DNA from: a virus
Taxonomy: Duplodnaviria; Caudoviricetes
Reading direction: 5' to 3' (one strand)
DNA: 53,831 bases
IMG/VR virus record: IMGVR_UViG_3300028735_000012
Span: 1-53,831 of that record
The notes below the pieces were generated by a model. It saw nothing but the letters and a program-made list of their open reading frames with translations, did no database searches and was not told where the DNA came from. Positions 45,521 to 53,831 of this stretch are shown one piece after another. The position numbers and the translations under genes were made by a program. Every line of letters begins with the position of its first letter. Positions within the stretch are counted from its first letter, which is position 1.

Positions 45521-45969
45521 GACGCATGAAAAAATCTAGCCTCATGGCAATGCTCGAGGACGCCGGCTATCGCATGCACGAGCAAGGACAATTGACACGT
45601 TACTATGTTATTAACGTACTCATGCACAAGCGAAGCAGGGAAGGACAACTGCTAGTGGAGTATCACGAGCCGCCTGAAAAGGTGATGACACACGCCGAAG
45701 AGTTGGCTAGCCTGTTTCGCAAACGAGGCTATCGCGAGTGGCGGATTCCCCAGTTGGTGCAAGAGCAGCTTGCCCGTGAGGCAGAGGCTGAAGCCAAACG
45801 CAAAGCCGAGAAGTTCAAAAAACGCGAGGCGATGCGCAAGAAGCAACGGGGAGATGCGCAGGTGGAAGCGGAAGCAACGGCTCAGGCGATTGCGGAGCTA
45901 GAAGCACATGGCCGATCTCAGACAATTCGCAAGCAACGCGGCGGAGGCCCTGGAGCGACTGCGCAGTAG
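45448..45969 (+). CDS. Tail assembly chaperone T-like segment (-1 frameshift extension or separate ORF from 45526)
   Basis: -1 frame open from the slippery site to 45969. Confidence 0.5.
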   Translation, partial: PKLVSPRDTKNGSGGKREQQRQRLRRMKKSSLMAMLEDAGYRMHEQGQLTRYYVINVLMHKRSREGQLLVEYHEPPEKVMTHAEELASLFRKRGYREWRIPQLVQEQLAREAEAEAKRKAEKFKKREAMRKKQRGDAQVEAEATAQAIAELEAHGRSQTIRKQRGGGPGATAQ

Positions 45970-47875
45970 TGCAGATCTCGCTTCGCTAGGCTTGACTGCC
46001 GCCTTTGAGCGATTGACCCAACGCCTGCAACCGCTTCTCACACAATTGGGGACAGGAAGCGTCTCTGGTGCCCAGACTGCGGCATCGAGATCTGGGGCAA
46101 AGGCCGATAACTTAGCCGCGTCGCTGCCGTTGGTGCTAATCAATCCGCCCGGTGGCGGTGCGGTCTCACCTCCACCACCGCCACCGGGTTCGAGGACGCC
46201 CAGCATCAATACACCATCACTTGCGGATCTTTCACCTGCCACCGTGACTACACCGACGGTCAAGGGGCCGGCTGGGGGACAGGGTGCAGGGTTTCCTTTG
46301 CCTCTCCCGGTTCGCATTGTGTCGATGGATGCCAAAGCGTCGGCGCAGATGGCCGTGCTGGCGTTGCCCGGCCAGGTGGCGACCGTGGCAGCCCAGCAGC
46401 AAAGGCAGGCGGGCGGCGGGGGTGGCATTACGCAATTCGCGCAGAATGCCGGTGCGCAAGGTGCAAGCCTGTTTGCACAACTTAGAGACGCTATGACCGG
46501 CTTTGCGTCATCTGCTGATCCATTTATCAGCTGGCCAACATACAAGGCAAGTGTGGAAGGGCTAAGCATCAGCATTGGGCAGATGTTTACACCTGCCCTG
46601 AATGAAGCTTCTCGATACATCCAGCAAGTAACGGCATATATTGATGGTCTGGATGCGACAACCAAAAGCTACGCGGCCCGCGTGGTGATTACGGGTGTGA
46701 GTGTGCTGGCCGGAGTGGCGGCTTTGTACAAACTTGGTCAAGCTTTTTACGCCGTTGCCGTGGCGGCACGAGCGGCTACGGTGGCCATGATTTCCAACCC
46801 TGTGACGGCGATTATTGCGGCCACGGCGGCGGTGGCGGGCTTGGCGGCGGCTTGGTATCTGGCGTCCAACAACGCCAATAGTGCCGCTACGGCGGCGGGC
46901 AAAGTGGCGGGGGTAATTGCAGGATTGCGTGATGCCGGCAGTGCTGAACCGCAAGTCACAGATTTGCGAAAGGTTTCTCCCGAAACGCGAAAGCTCATCG
47001 AGTCAGCTTCGCAGAAAAAATCCCCGACTATTTTGGGGCAAGCCCGAGAAGCACTAGATAAAGAAGCAGAAGAAGCAAAGCAAGCGTTTGAAAAAGCAGA
47101 CGCCGTTTACAAGGCGACACAATCGCAACGTGACACCGCCTATGCTTTTGACGCTGCGATTAGCAAGGCATTTGCGGAAAATGTACGAGAAGCGTCTCGC
47201 ACGATTAGCTTGTTTAACGCATATCCAAGCCTCAGAGAGGGGGAAATTCCTAAAGGTGTTCAGCTTACTCCATTTCAACAAGCTGTTTTGCGTGAACGCC
47301 CTAAGACAATGGAGCAGGTGCGACGGGTTGTAGGCGCAGAAGCCGACGCCAGAATGTCAAGCACCCTAGTGCAGGAAGCGGCTAAATTGCCCGACGCGAT
47401 CAGAGATCGTGTCGTGCAGGAGTTTCGCAGTGACATCCCATCAACGTATTTTACTCAAGGCTATACGTCTGCACCTCTGGGAGTGTTAAAACAAAAACGT
47501 CCTGAACTGTTAGATGCTCGCAATCTAAGTTTTCCGATTAATCCTGCCGGCAGTGTGATGGTTGACTACGGCATTTCTCGCACACTGACACAAGCACGTG
47601 AGCGATTGGACGCCATTTCACGATTGCAAAATGCCGTAGGGGGTGGTGGCACCACAGGTGGCCCGATGCAAGCGTTAGGCAGTCTACCTGCACCGGTGAT
47701 TTCCAGCAGTGAAGCGTTAGCCGATCGGCTTCAAATTGCTGCTCTCAAAGGTGACGATTTGCAAGCGGCTAACATGGCTAAGCAGTTACAAGCTCTGGAG
47801 CAATCCAATGTGCTTTTGAAAGAAGTAAAAGACGCGATTCGTGATCTTCGCATCTTACCACAGTGGATGTATTAG
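45908..47875 (+). CDS. Tail tape measure protein
   Basis: Ala-rich helical protein with hydrophobic NPVTAIIAATAAVAGLAAAW segment; follows the chaperones. Confidence 0.75.
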   Translation: MADLRQFASNAAEALERLRSSADLASLGLTAAFERLTQRLQPLLTQLGTGSVSGAQTAASRSGAKADNLAASLPLVLINPPGGGAVSPPPPPPGSRTPSINTPSLADLSPATVTTPTVKGPAGGQGAGFPLPLPVRIVSMDAKASAQMAVLALPGQVATVAAQQQRQAGGGGGITQFAQNAGAQGASLFAQLRDAMTGFASSADPFISWPTYKASVEGLSISIGQMFTPALNEASRYIQQVTAYIDGLDATTKSYAARVVITGVSVLAGVAALYKLGQAFYAVAVAARAATVAMISNPVTAIIAATAAVAGLAAAWYLASNNANSAATAAGKVAGVIAGLRDAGSAEPQVTDLRKVSPETRKLIESASQKKSPTILGQAREALDKEAEEAKQAFEKADAVYKATQSQRDTAYAFDAAISKAFAENVREASRTISLFNAYPSLREGEIPKGVQLTPFQQAVLRERPKTMEQVRRVVGAEADARMSSTLVQEAAKLPDAIRDRVVQEFRSDIPSTYFTQGYTSAPLGVLKQKRPELLDARNLSFPINPAGSVMVDYGISRTLTQARERLDAISRLQNAVGGGGTTGGPMQALGSLPAPVISSSEALADRLQIAALKGDDLQAANMAKQLQALEQSNVLLKEVKDAIRDLRILPQWMY

Positions 47876-47883
47876 GAGATGCT

Positions 47884-48975
47884 ATGCCTAACACGCATGT
47901 GGATAACGTTGCTGATCGCATTTCTTTTTCCTGGCTTACACCTGACGTAGGCGGCCCGGATCTGCAATTGGCCAACAATGGCTCTCGCCTGACTGCACCG
48001 GCGTTGGTGGATTATGACTATCTTAATGTGTTTGTTCGGCAAATGATTGGCTTCCCTGAGATTGAAACGGTTTTTCCCAATGGGCAACCTGCAAGGTATA
48101 TCCAACGCAACATTCCTTACGTTTGGCCAGATTTGCTTGACAACGATGCCAAGCCATTCCTCTTTTGCCAAAGCGTGCAGCGAGTCGAGGGGGTCGGTCC
48201 AATCGGCAACTATCCACTCACGGGATCGCCACGCTATCGATGGGCCAAAGTCTGGCTTACCTTTGCCAGCGTACCTTACGGTATCCTGCATGATGCGGAT
48301 CCACGACTGTACCGCGACTACAATAGCAACGATCCCGGAGGTACACCTTACTGGGACACAGCCACGTCGCAGAACCTAGCTCCTGACGAAAGCACGCTTG
48401 CACGCTATGTCGCCACCGGGGGCGACCCGTTCGACCGGGCCATTAGCATTCCCACGGGCCTCATGCGCATGGTGCATGACCCGGGCGATTTAGTTGCGGC
48501 CAATGGCGGCGTGCGTGCCCAAAATGTCAACGAGCCGGGGCCGTACATTGCTGAAGCAATGGGCATGATCGAACCAGGCTGGGATCGCGTTTATACGCAT
48601 CATCATGTGCCTGAAGTGCCTGTGCGGACTATCCTCGCTGCCATGGGCACCGTTAACGAATTTGAATTTGATGGTTTTCCGGCAGGGACGCTTCTTTGTT
48701 TAGCTCCCAAAGTTCGGCCATTTAATTCCGCCCTTGGCACACTGATTTTTGACATTGACTATCGTTTTCGCTACGTCGCCAAGATTCGCCGACGTGATCA
48801 AGTCAATGTGGGACACAATTTTTTTCTGCGGCGTGTAATTCGTGGTACGACTTCAGCACCTCAGCCGGACATTGATTATCGGCAGATTACATTGACTGGC
48901 TTAGCAAACGGGCGTCCCACATATGCACCTTTTGATTTTCGCAAGCTGTTTCGTCCTGATCCACCAATTCCGTAA
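47884..48975 (+). CDS. Tail/baseplate protein
   Basis: AGGAG RBS; directly after tape measure. Confidence 0.55.
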   Translation: MPNTHVDNVADRISFSWLTPDVGGPDLQLANNGSRLTAPALVDYDYLNVFVRQMIGFPEIETVFPNGQPARYIQRNIPYVWPDLLDNDAKPFLFCQSVQRVEGVGPIGNYPLTGSPRYRWAKVWLTFASVPYGILHDADPRLYRDYNSNDPGGTPYWDTATSQNLAPDESTLARYVATGGDPFDRAISIPTGLMRMVHDPGDLVAANGGVRAQNVNEPGPYIAEAMGMIEPGWDRVYTHHHVPEVPVRTILAAMGTVNEFEFDGFPAGTLLCLAPKVRPFNSALGTLIFDIDYRFRYVAKIRRRDQVNVGHNFFLRRVIRGTTSAPQPDIDYRQITLTGLANGRPTYAPFDFRKLFRPDPPIP

Positions 48976-48992
48976 GCGCGCGAGGATGGTTG

Positions 48993-51092
48993 ATGCGTTG
49001 GTCGAACTGGAACCCAGATAATCACGCTGCCGCTGTAGGCGTACCGTTTGCGTTGAACGACGGCTTGGTCGAGGCGGGGCATGGCCGAGCGGGGCAACTG
49101 GCCTTGCTGCCGCCCACGGGGGACATTCACGGTCGGCTCACGGCAGAGTTGGGGGATGGCTACTACACCTGGGAAGCGGTGGTCTTCAACACGGACACTC
49201 AGGAATGGGAGCGTTCGTCGTTTTTGACCCAGGGCGATGAGCGGCTTGTAGCGGTAGAGGCCAATCGGACTATTGGCTTGCCGGCAGGTAGAGAAGGGGT
49301 GATTGTTCGACTGCGGCCTAATGATGTAGTTGGATTGCAAGCGGGGTGGCTGTTTCATCTTGCGGACAAGGTGCGAGTGGGCCGAGTGATTTTGCCGGAT
49401 CCGGATGAAGATGGTGCGTACTTGGTGGGCTTGCTCGAACTACGGCGAGCTGTGTTGGGCAGCGGCTCAGGCAGTGGCAGCGGATCGGGTAGTGGTAGCG
49501 GTGGCAATTCTGTTGGTCCACTGACTTGGCGGACAATCGGCGTGGCACGGTTCCTGCCAATTGCAGGCGAGGCGCTCACAGTGGGAAAAAGGTATCACGG
49601 ATTCCCAGCCAATATCCGCTCACGAGACGGTAGGTCCGTATATACGACCGATTCCTGTTGTGAACTTTCTCCCCCGATTTCTAGCGGAAGCGGAAGCGGA
49701 AGCGGGAGCGGGAACATCAATATTTCAGGTCGGTATCCATGCGACTGCTATTTTGAAACAGAATCTCCTTTTTATGTCACACTGTCTGGTTTTACTGGAC
49801 AATATGGCAAATATGCCAATACATGCCTACGCTTGGAAAAGTTCGGGCTTGATCCAACTCTTCAACAATCTCTTTATTGCATGTGGCGAACCGAATGCTT
49901 TATTCCACTAAACCCCGATGATCAATTCTCGGGTTTTACACAAATGCATATTTTGGCAGAACTTAATAATTGGCCTGATCCAAGTGCGCCTGTGATTTCT
50001 AGGATATATAATCTTTACATTCGTTTGTATATAAGAGACTTATCATTTGCATCATTTACAATGATGCCCATTACGATTGCCGATGCAGTTTTTGAGAAGA
50101 TAGAGAGGATAGACAATACAACCGTGGCAAATTGCGACAACATTCAATTGAATTTTGTTGATAGCTTTGCATCCGAATGGTTCATTTGGAGGCCGGATTT
50201 AATCAGGGGGGGGGCTTTGTCCTTAAACCTGGTGCGTAATCCATGCGTTCCTTGTCTTGGCCTCTCAAGCAGCGTGCCTCCTGGGTGTCTTACCACTACT
50301 TGCTACGAAGTCACTTTCCCCGACGAGGGCGGCGTCTGCTCGAACTTTGCTGGCCTGCGAAAACTGGTCTGGCTGCGCGACAATCTGTGGTACGATCCTA
50401 CGCTCGCCGACCCTGACATCGGACCCAACTACATCGGACTGGAAATTCAGGCCGACGGCACGGCCTATCTGTACGTCTACCGCAGCCAGATGCCAAGTCC
50501 TTTTGCAGTGGCTTGGCTACTTGATCCATTTGATTGCGATACAGGCGGCACCGGAGTAGAGATTTTTGGCGAAGGCTCGTGTCTCTTGGACCTTACGCCA
50601 GTGGTCAGTGTTACTACCTGTCCTTCGGGAGGCCCAGGCTCTGGGTCTGGCTCCGGCAGTGGAAGTGGCTCTGGTGGCGGCTCTGGCAGCGGCTCTGGCA
50701 GTGGGGCTGGCAGTGGGGCTGGCAGTGGTTCAGGCAGTTCAGGCGGTTCAGGCGGTGGCGGTGGCTCAGGTGGCGGTTCAGGCAGCCAAAACTACTGCTT
50801 CCCCGCCACGTCACTGGGATCCTGCGGCACCTTCGATGCAGCGACATTGCTGCCTGCCGGCCACAATACATGGTACGCTAGCAACGGAGTGCAAGACATT
50901 ACCCTCGTGGTCACAGGCGGCACAGCAACGCTGGAAATCTTTGACGGTTTTGCACAAGCACAATACAACTGCGCGGCGTGGAATCCAGCTACAGGCGGCA
51001 CGTTTACCTTTGCCAGCACCGGCGAACCTTCTTGCAATTACCCTGGCACGATTACGATTACGCCGGCCCCCTGTGTGGAGGAGGGATCCTAA
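48993..51092 (+). CDS. Modular tail protein with three Gly-Ser linkers and Cys-rich domains
   Basis: (GS)n tracts at ~49458-49506, ~49680-49713 and ~50625-50785. Confidence 0.6.
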   Translation: MRWSNWNPDNHAAAVGVPFALNDGLVEAGHGRAGQLALLPPTGDIHGRLTAELGDGYYTWEAVVFNTDTQEWERSSFLTQGDERLVAVEANRTIGLPAGREGVIVRLRPNDVVGLQAGWLFHLADKVRVGRVILPDPDEDGAYLVGLLELRRAVLGSGSGSGSGSGSGSGGNSVGPLTWRTIGVARFLPIAGEALTVGKRYHGFPANIRSRDGRSVYTTDSCCELSPPISSGSGSGSGSGNINISGRYPCDCYFETESPFYVTLSGFTGQYGKYANTCLRLEKFGLDPTLQQSLYCMWRTECFIPLNPDDQFSGFTQMHILAELNNWPDPSAPVISRIYNLYIRLYIRDLSFASFTMMPITIADAVFEKIERIDNTTVANCDNIQLNFVDSFASEWFIWRPDLIRGGALSLNLVRNPCVPCLGLSSSVPPGCLTTTCYEVTFPDEGGVCSNFAGLRKLVWLRDNLWYDPTLADPDIGPNYIGLEIQADGTAYLYVYRSQMPSPFAVAWLLDPFDCDTGGTGVEIFGEGSCLLDLTPVVSVTTCPSGGPGSGSGSGSGSGSGGGSGSGSGSGAGSGAGSGSGSSGGSGGGGGSGGGSGSQNYCFPATSLGSCGTFDAATLLPAGHNTWYASNGVQDITLVVTGGTATLEIFDGFAQAQYNCAAWNPATGGTFTFASTGEPSCNYPGTITITPAPCVEEGS

Positions 51093-51095
51093 GTC

Positions 51096-52412
51096 ATGCC
51101 CTGCGGTCATGCAGTTCCGTCGCCACGTTGTTCCGAATGTCGAGCTAAGCTGCCTTTGCCCGCCGCATCGCTGCCCACAGCCATGCGTCCACCTGCCGCC
51201 GCAAACACAACTGCGACCTCAATCGCAAACACAGCTGAGCGGCTGGAACGTCTGGAACGCTTCGCACCGTGTGTGCATCGCGGTGCAGCTACTGGCGAAA
51301 CGTCACGATGTCTAGACGGCTGTGGCAACACTCTGTATCCACTGTACGCTTGTAGCCTGCATAGAGTTTGCTCGGGACTGGTCCGCACCGAAGCGGGCCG
51401 CTCGTGTTTGCGGTGCAGTGATCGCACAACGCAAAGGGTAAATCGAGAAATTGTGCCGGGCCTAATAGACCCAATCCAAGCCAAAGAGTTGCAACCTGCA
51501 CCTCCAGCATGGCCCTTGCGTACTGAAGTGCGACAAGAGCATATCGCGGCTCTTCAATTTGTGCGCGAACAAGCCGCCAAGGTGAAGCTGGAGCATGCAC
51601 GGGGCGAAGGAGTGCTTCTCGTAGGCGGTGGTCGCTATGGTCCCATGGCTGCGTTGTCGGCCCACTTGCTGCGTGAAACAGGCTGTACACTTCCTGTTCA
51701 GATTTGGCACCGGGGCGGTCAAGAGGAACCGTTTGATCCCGCTTGGGTCGCGGACCTAAAAGACGTGAAAATCGTGGATGCCTCACAAGTAGTGACCGCG
51801 TTGCCGGAAAGCCAACGGCCCCGGATTTTGCGCGGCTGGGAACACAAGACGTTCGCAATGCTTCATTGTGGCTGGAAACGTATCTTATACTTAGATGCTG
51901 ATGCGTATTGTGTACGCAACCCAGAACCATTGTTTAATTTGCTGGCTGAAGATCCTTTTGTTTACTGGATCGATTTGGCCAACACAGCAAGCAATGTGGA
52001 TCCTTATGCGTTCGGGCTGGATCCCCAAGCGGTAGCCGAAGTGCCCCCCGTGCAAGGCGGGCAATTGTTGGTAGATTTGCGAGCGTTTAGTCGCGAGTTT
52101 GTGATTGCTCATTGGCTGAACCAGCACAGTGACTATGCCTACTACGACGGCAAGTATGGTGGTCGCAAGTATGCTTTTGGGGATCAGGATCAATGGCGTG
52201 TCACGTTGGCCGCCACGCAAAGGCGCTATCGCACGTTGGGCAATGCCCGCTGTGTCAGCGGCATTTTCGAGTGTCGCTGGGAAGGCACGTCGTGGATAGT
52301 GCATCGTTGTCAAGCTAAGTTTTGGCCGGGCCAGCCTTTGCCGACGCGACACGAGCATCTACCGCTGGAGCAGCAGGTGTTTGAGACATGGCAGCGAATC
52401 GTCAGCCGGTAG
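51096..52412 (+). CDS. Glycosyltransferase (GT-A, mannosyltransferase/GT71-like) with Cys-rich N-terminus
   Basis: LPVQIWH, GWEHKTFAMLH, ILYLDADAY (DxD), GGQLLVD, FGDQD. Confidence 0.8.
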   Translation: MPCGHAVPSPRCSECRAKLPLPAASLPTAMRPPAAANTTATSIANTAERLERLERFAPCVHRGAATGETSRCLDGCGNTLYPLYACSLHRVCSGLVRTEAGRSCLRCSDRTTQRVNREIVPGLIDPIQAKELQPAPPAWPLRTEVRQEHIAALQFVREQAAKVKLEHARGEGVLLVGGGRYGPMAALSAHLLRETGCTLPVQIWHRGGQEEPFDPAWVADLKDVKIVDASQVVTALPESQRPRILRGWEHKTFAMLHCGWKRILYLDADAYCVRNPEPLFNLLAEDPFVYWIDLANTASNVDPYAFGLDPQAVAEVPPVQGGQLLVDLRAFSREFVIAHWLNQHSDYAYYDGKYGGRKYAFGDQDQWRVTLAATQRRYRTLGNARCVSGIFECRWEGTSWIVHRCQAKFWPGQPLPTRHEHLPLEQQVFETWQRIVSR

Positions 52413-52441
52413 TTTTCTAATAAACACCAAGGGGCAAATTC

Positions 52442-53116
52442 ATGGTCACATTGTATCGAGATGCGTTTGTTGGTGAAATTACTGCTTGGGCCAAAGAGAT
52501 TGACCTGCCACACCGGCTGACACAGGTATTGAACAATCCGCAGACGCTGCCGGAGCTTGCTAAACTCGCACGAGTAGGCTTAGCGTTTATCGAGGAAGAT
52601 CGCATTCAATTTTACGATGCTGAGAAAGTGTTGCAGTTAAGTGAGATGGCGTGCCAAGCAGGACTCATCAACGCGCAGGAAAAAGAACAGCTATTAGACT
52701 TGATTCGTTTTGACCCCGAACAAGAGCGGCTAGCGGGCCTAGCCGAACAATGGCTGGCACGCATCGAAGAAGTCGAAAACTACGAACTAAATCTACGGAC
52801 GCTGGAAGCTCGGCTGGAACAGCTACGGCAAAAACACCCGCAAGGCTGGCCCAAGGAACTCGAGGCTTGGCGACAGCGCACGCTACCGGAAGTGTATGCC
52901 GATTTGACCTTGAGCGACGAGCAAGTCCAGTTGTTAGTCGAGTTGTTAGAACTCGATCAATTGCAACGGCAGCGGCGTTCGACGTTGGGAGAGCTGACCA
53001 AGGCCCGGGAGTATCGGGACCATCTCGCCAATCAGCTACCACAATCTCAGCGAGACGAGCTGTACCAAGAAGCACTGAAGCGGCGTCAACTGCGGAAAGT
53101 GAGTACGGAATCATGA
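52442..53116 (+). CDS. Coiled-coil hypothetical protein
   Basis: ORF track; Leu/Glu/Gln-rich. Confidence 0.55.
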   Translation: MVTLYRDAFVGEITAWAKEIDLPHRLTQVLNNPQTLPELAKLARVGLAFIEEDRIQFYDAEKVLQLSEMACQAGLINAQEKEQLLDLIRFDPEQERLAGLAEQWLARIEEVENYELNLRTLEARLEQLRQKHPQGWPKELEAWRQRTLPEVYADLTLSDEQVQLLVELLELDQLQRQRRSTLGELTKAREYRDHLANQLPQSQRDELYQEALKRRQLRKVSTES

Positions 53117-53831
53117 GTGACGTTGCTGTTGCGCACGCGGGTTCTCCCTACGTTACGGTATATCCGTGGAGTACTACTGGCTTTGGTACGAAGTATGCCA
53201 ATCCCACGACCCTACCGACGGGATCGGGCTACGGTGTGTCCTTCTCTCCGAACGGTGATATCCTTACCGTGGCGCACGTGACTTCTCCCTTTGTCTCGGT
53301 GTATCCGTGGGATAGTAGTGGTTTTGGTACGAAGTACAGCAATCCCACAACTCTACCGACGGGTACGGGTCGCTTGGCGGTGTTTCCCCCCAACGGGGAT
53401 GCGATTGTGGTGGGGCATGAGACTTCTCCCTTCGTCACAGCCTATCCGTGGAGTAGTAGTGGCTTTGGCACGAAGTATACGAACCCTACGACGTTACCGA
53501 CGGGTACAGGCACGAGTGTAGCCTTCTCTCCGGGTGGCGACGTGGTGGCCTTGTCGCACGCGAATTCTCCCTTCATCACGGTGTATCCGTGGAGTAGTAG
53601 TACCGGCTTTGGTACCAAATACACCAATCCCACGACGCTGCCGACGGGGAACGGTCGTGGCGTAGCCTTTTCTCCTGCCAGCGACGTGATCGCGGTGGCC
53701 CATGCAACTTCTCCCTTCCTCACGGTGTATCGGTGGAATAGTGGTAGTGGTTTTGGCACCAAATATGCCAATCCCTCCACGTTGCCAGCGAGTACAGGCA
53801 CGTGGGTAGCTTTTTCTCCTGCTGGCAATGC
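53113..53831 (+). CDS. WD40-like beta-propeller repeat protein (3'-truncated; missing from the ORF track)
   Basis: ATG 53113 overlapping upstream TGA; ~46-aa repeats VAHxxSPxVTVYPWxxxGFGTKYxNPTTLPTGxGxxVxFSPxGD, open to the window end. Confidence 0.8.
   Translation, partial: MSDVAVAHAGSPYVTVYPWSTTGFGTKYANPTTLPTGSGYGVSFSPNGDILTVAHVTSPFVSVYPWDSSGFGTKYSNPTTLPTGTGRLAVFPPNGDAIVVGHETSPFVTAYPWSSSGFGTKYTNPTTLPTGTGTSVAFSPGGDVVALSHANSPFITVYPWSSSTGFGTKYTNPTTLPTGNGRGVAFSPASDVIAVAHATSPFLTVYRWNSGSGFGTKYANPSTLPASTGTWVAFSPAGN

Noticed and set aside
46259-46300. PAM next to the self-match of the spacer
   Set aside because: Flanks (GTC on the left, TTG on the right, i.e. CAA 5' of the minus-strand protospacer) give no PAM I can assign, and the true target's flanks may differ
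53229-53828. Minus-strand ORFs at the right end
   Set aside because: Antisense shadows of the + strand repeat gene starting at 53113
1-53831. Integrase/att sites, tRNA, rRNA, IS elements, cas1/cas2/cas3/cas6/dinG
   Set aside because: None recognised by eye; the SF2 helicase at 16825 belongs to the replication module, not to the type IV locus

Overview
A ~54-kb segment of a tailed dsDNA phage/prophage (HK97-type head, siphovirus-like tail), truncated at both ends inside tail-associated genes. The probable host is a planctomycete (Gemmataceae-like); this is inferred from TIGR02996-like N-termini, an 'AAPLP/APVPK'-type exported protein and a planctomycete-type HTH regulator. Gene order: repeat-rich tail protein and membrane/peptidase cluster (1-5080); early region with strong sigma70 promoters and three RCC1-repeat paralogs (5149-11544); recombination/replication module with an intein-containing AAA ATPase, DUF669 SSB, RusA, SF2 helicase and Prim-Pol/DUF3987 (11528-20985); regulators, MTase, dcd, thyX (21303-26819); a type IV-B-like CRISPR-Cas effector operon with IbrAB-like and CysH-like genes (27543-34417); packaging, head and tail genes with a glycosyltransferase (34495-53831). 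Three guide-type elements stand out. (1) A stand-alone RAMP/Cas7-like gene (14167-14799) is followed by a 1.4-kb non-coding array of ~215 GGY-NN pentamers cut into six blocks by covarying stem-loops, which looks like a non-CRISPR RNA-guided system whose information sits in the NN dinucleotides. (2) A two-repeat CRISPR mini-array (21894-22003) has a single spacer matching this phage's own tape-measure gene (46262-46297) at 29/36 nt, with mismatches mostly at codon wobble positions, suggesting it targets a related competitor phage. (3) The type IV-B operon. All family assignments come from motif recognition by eye, not database searches.
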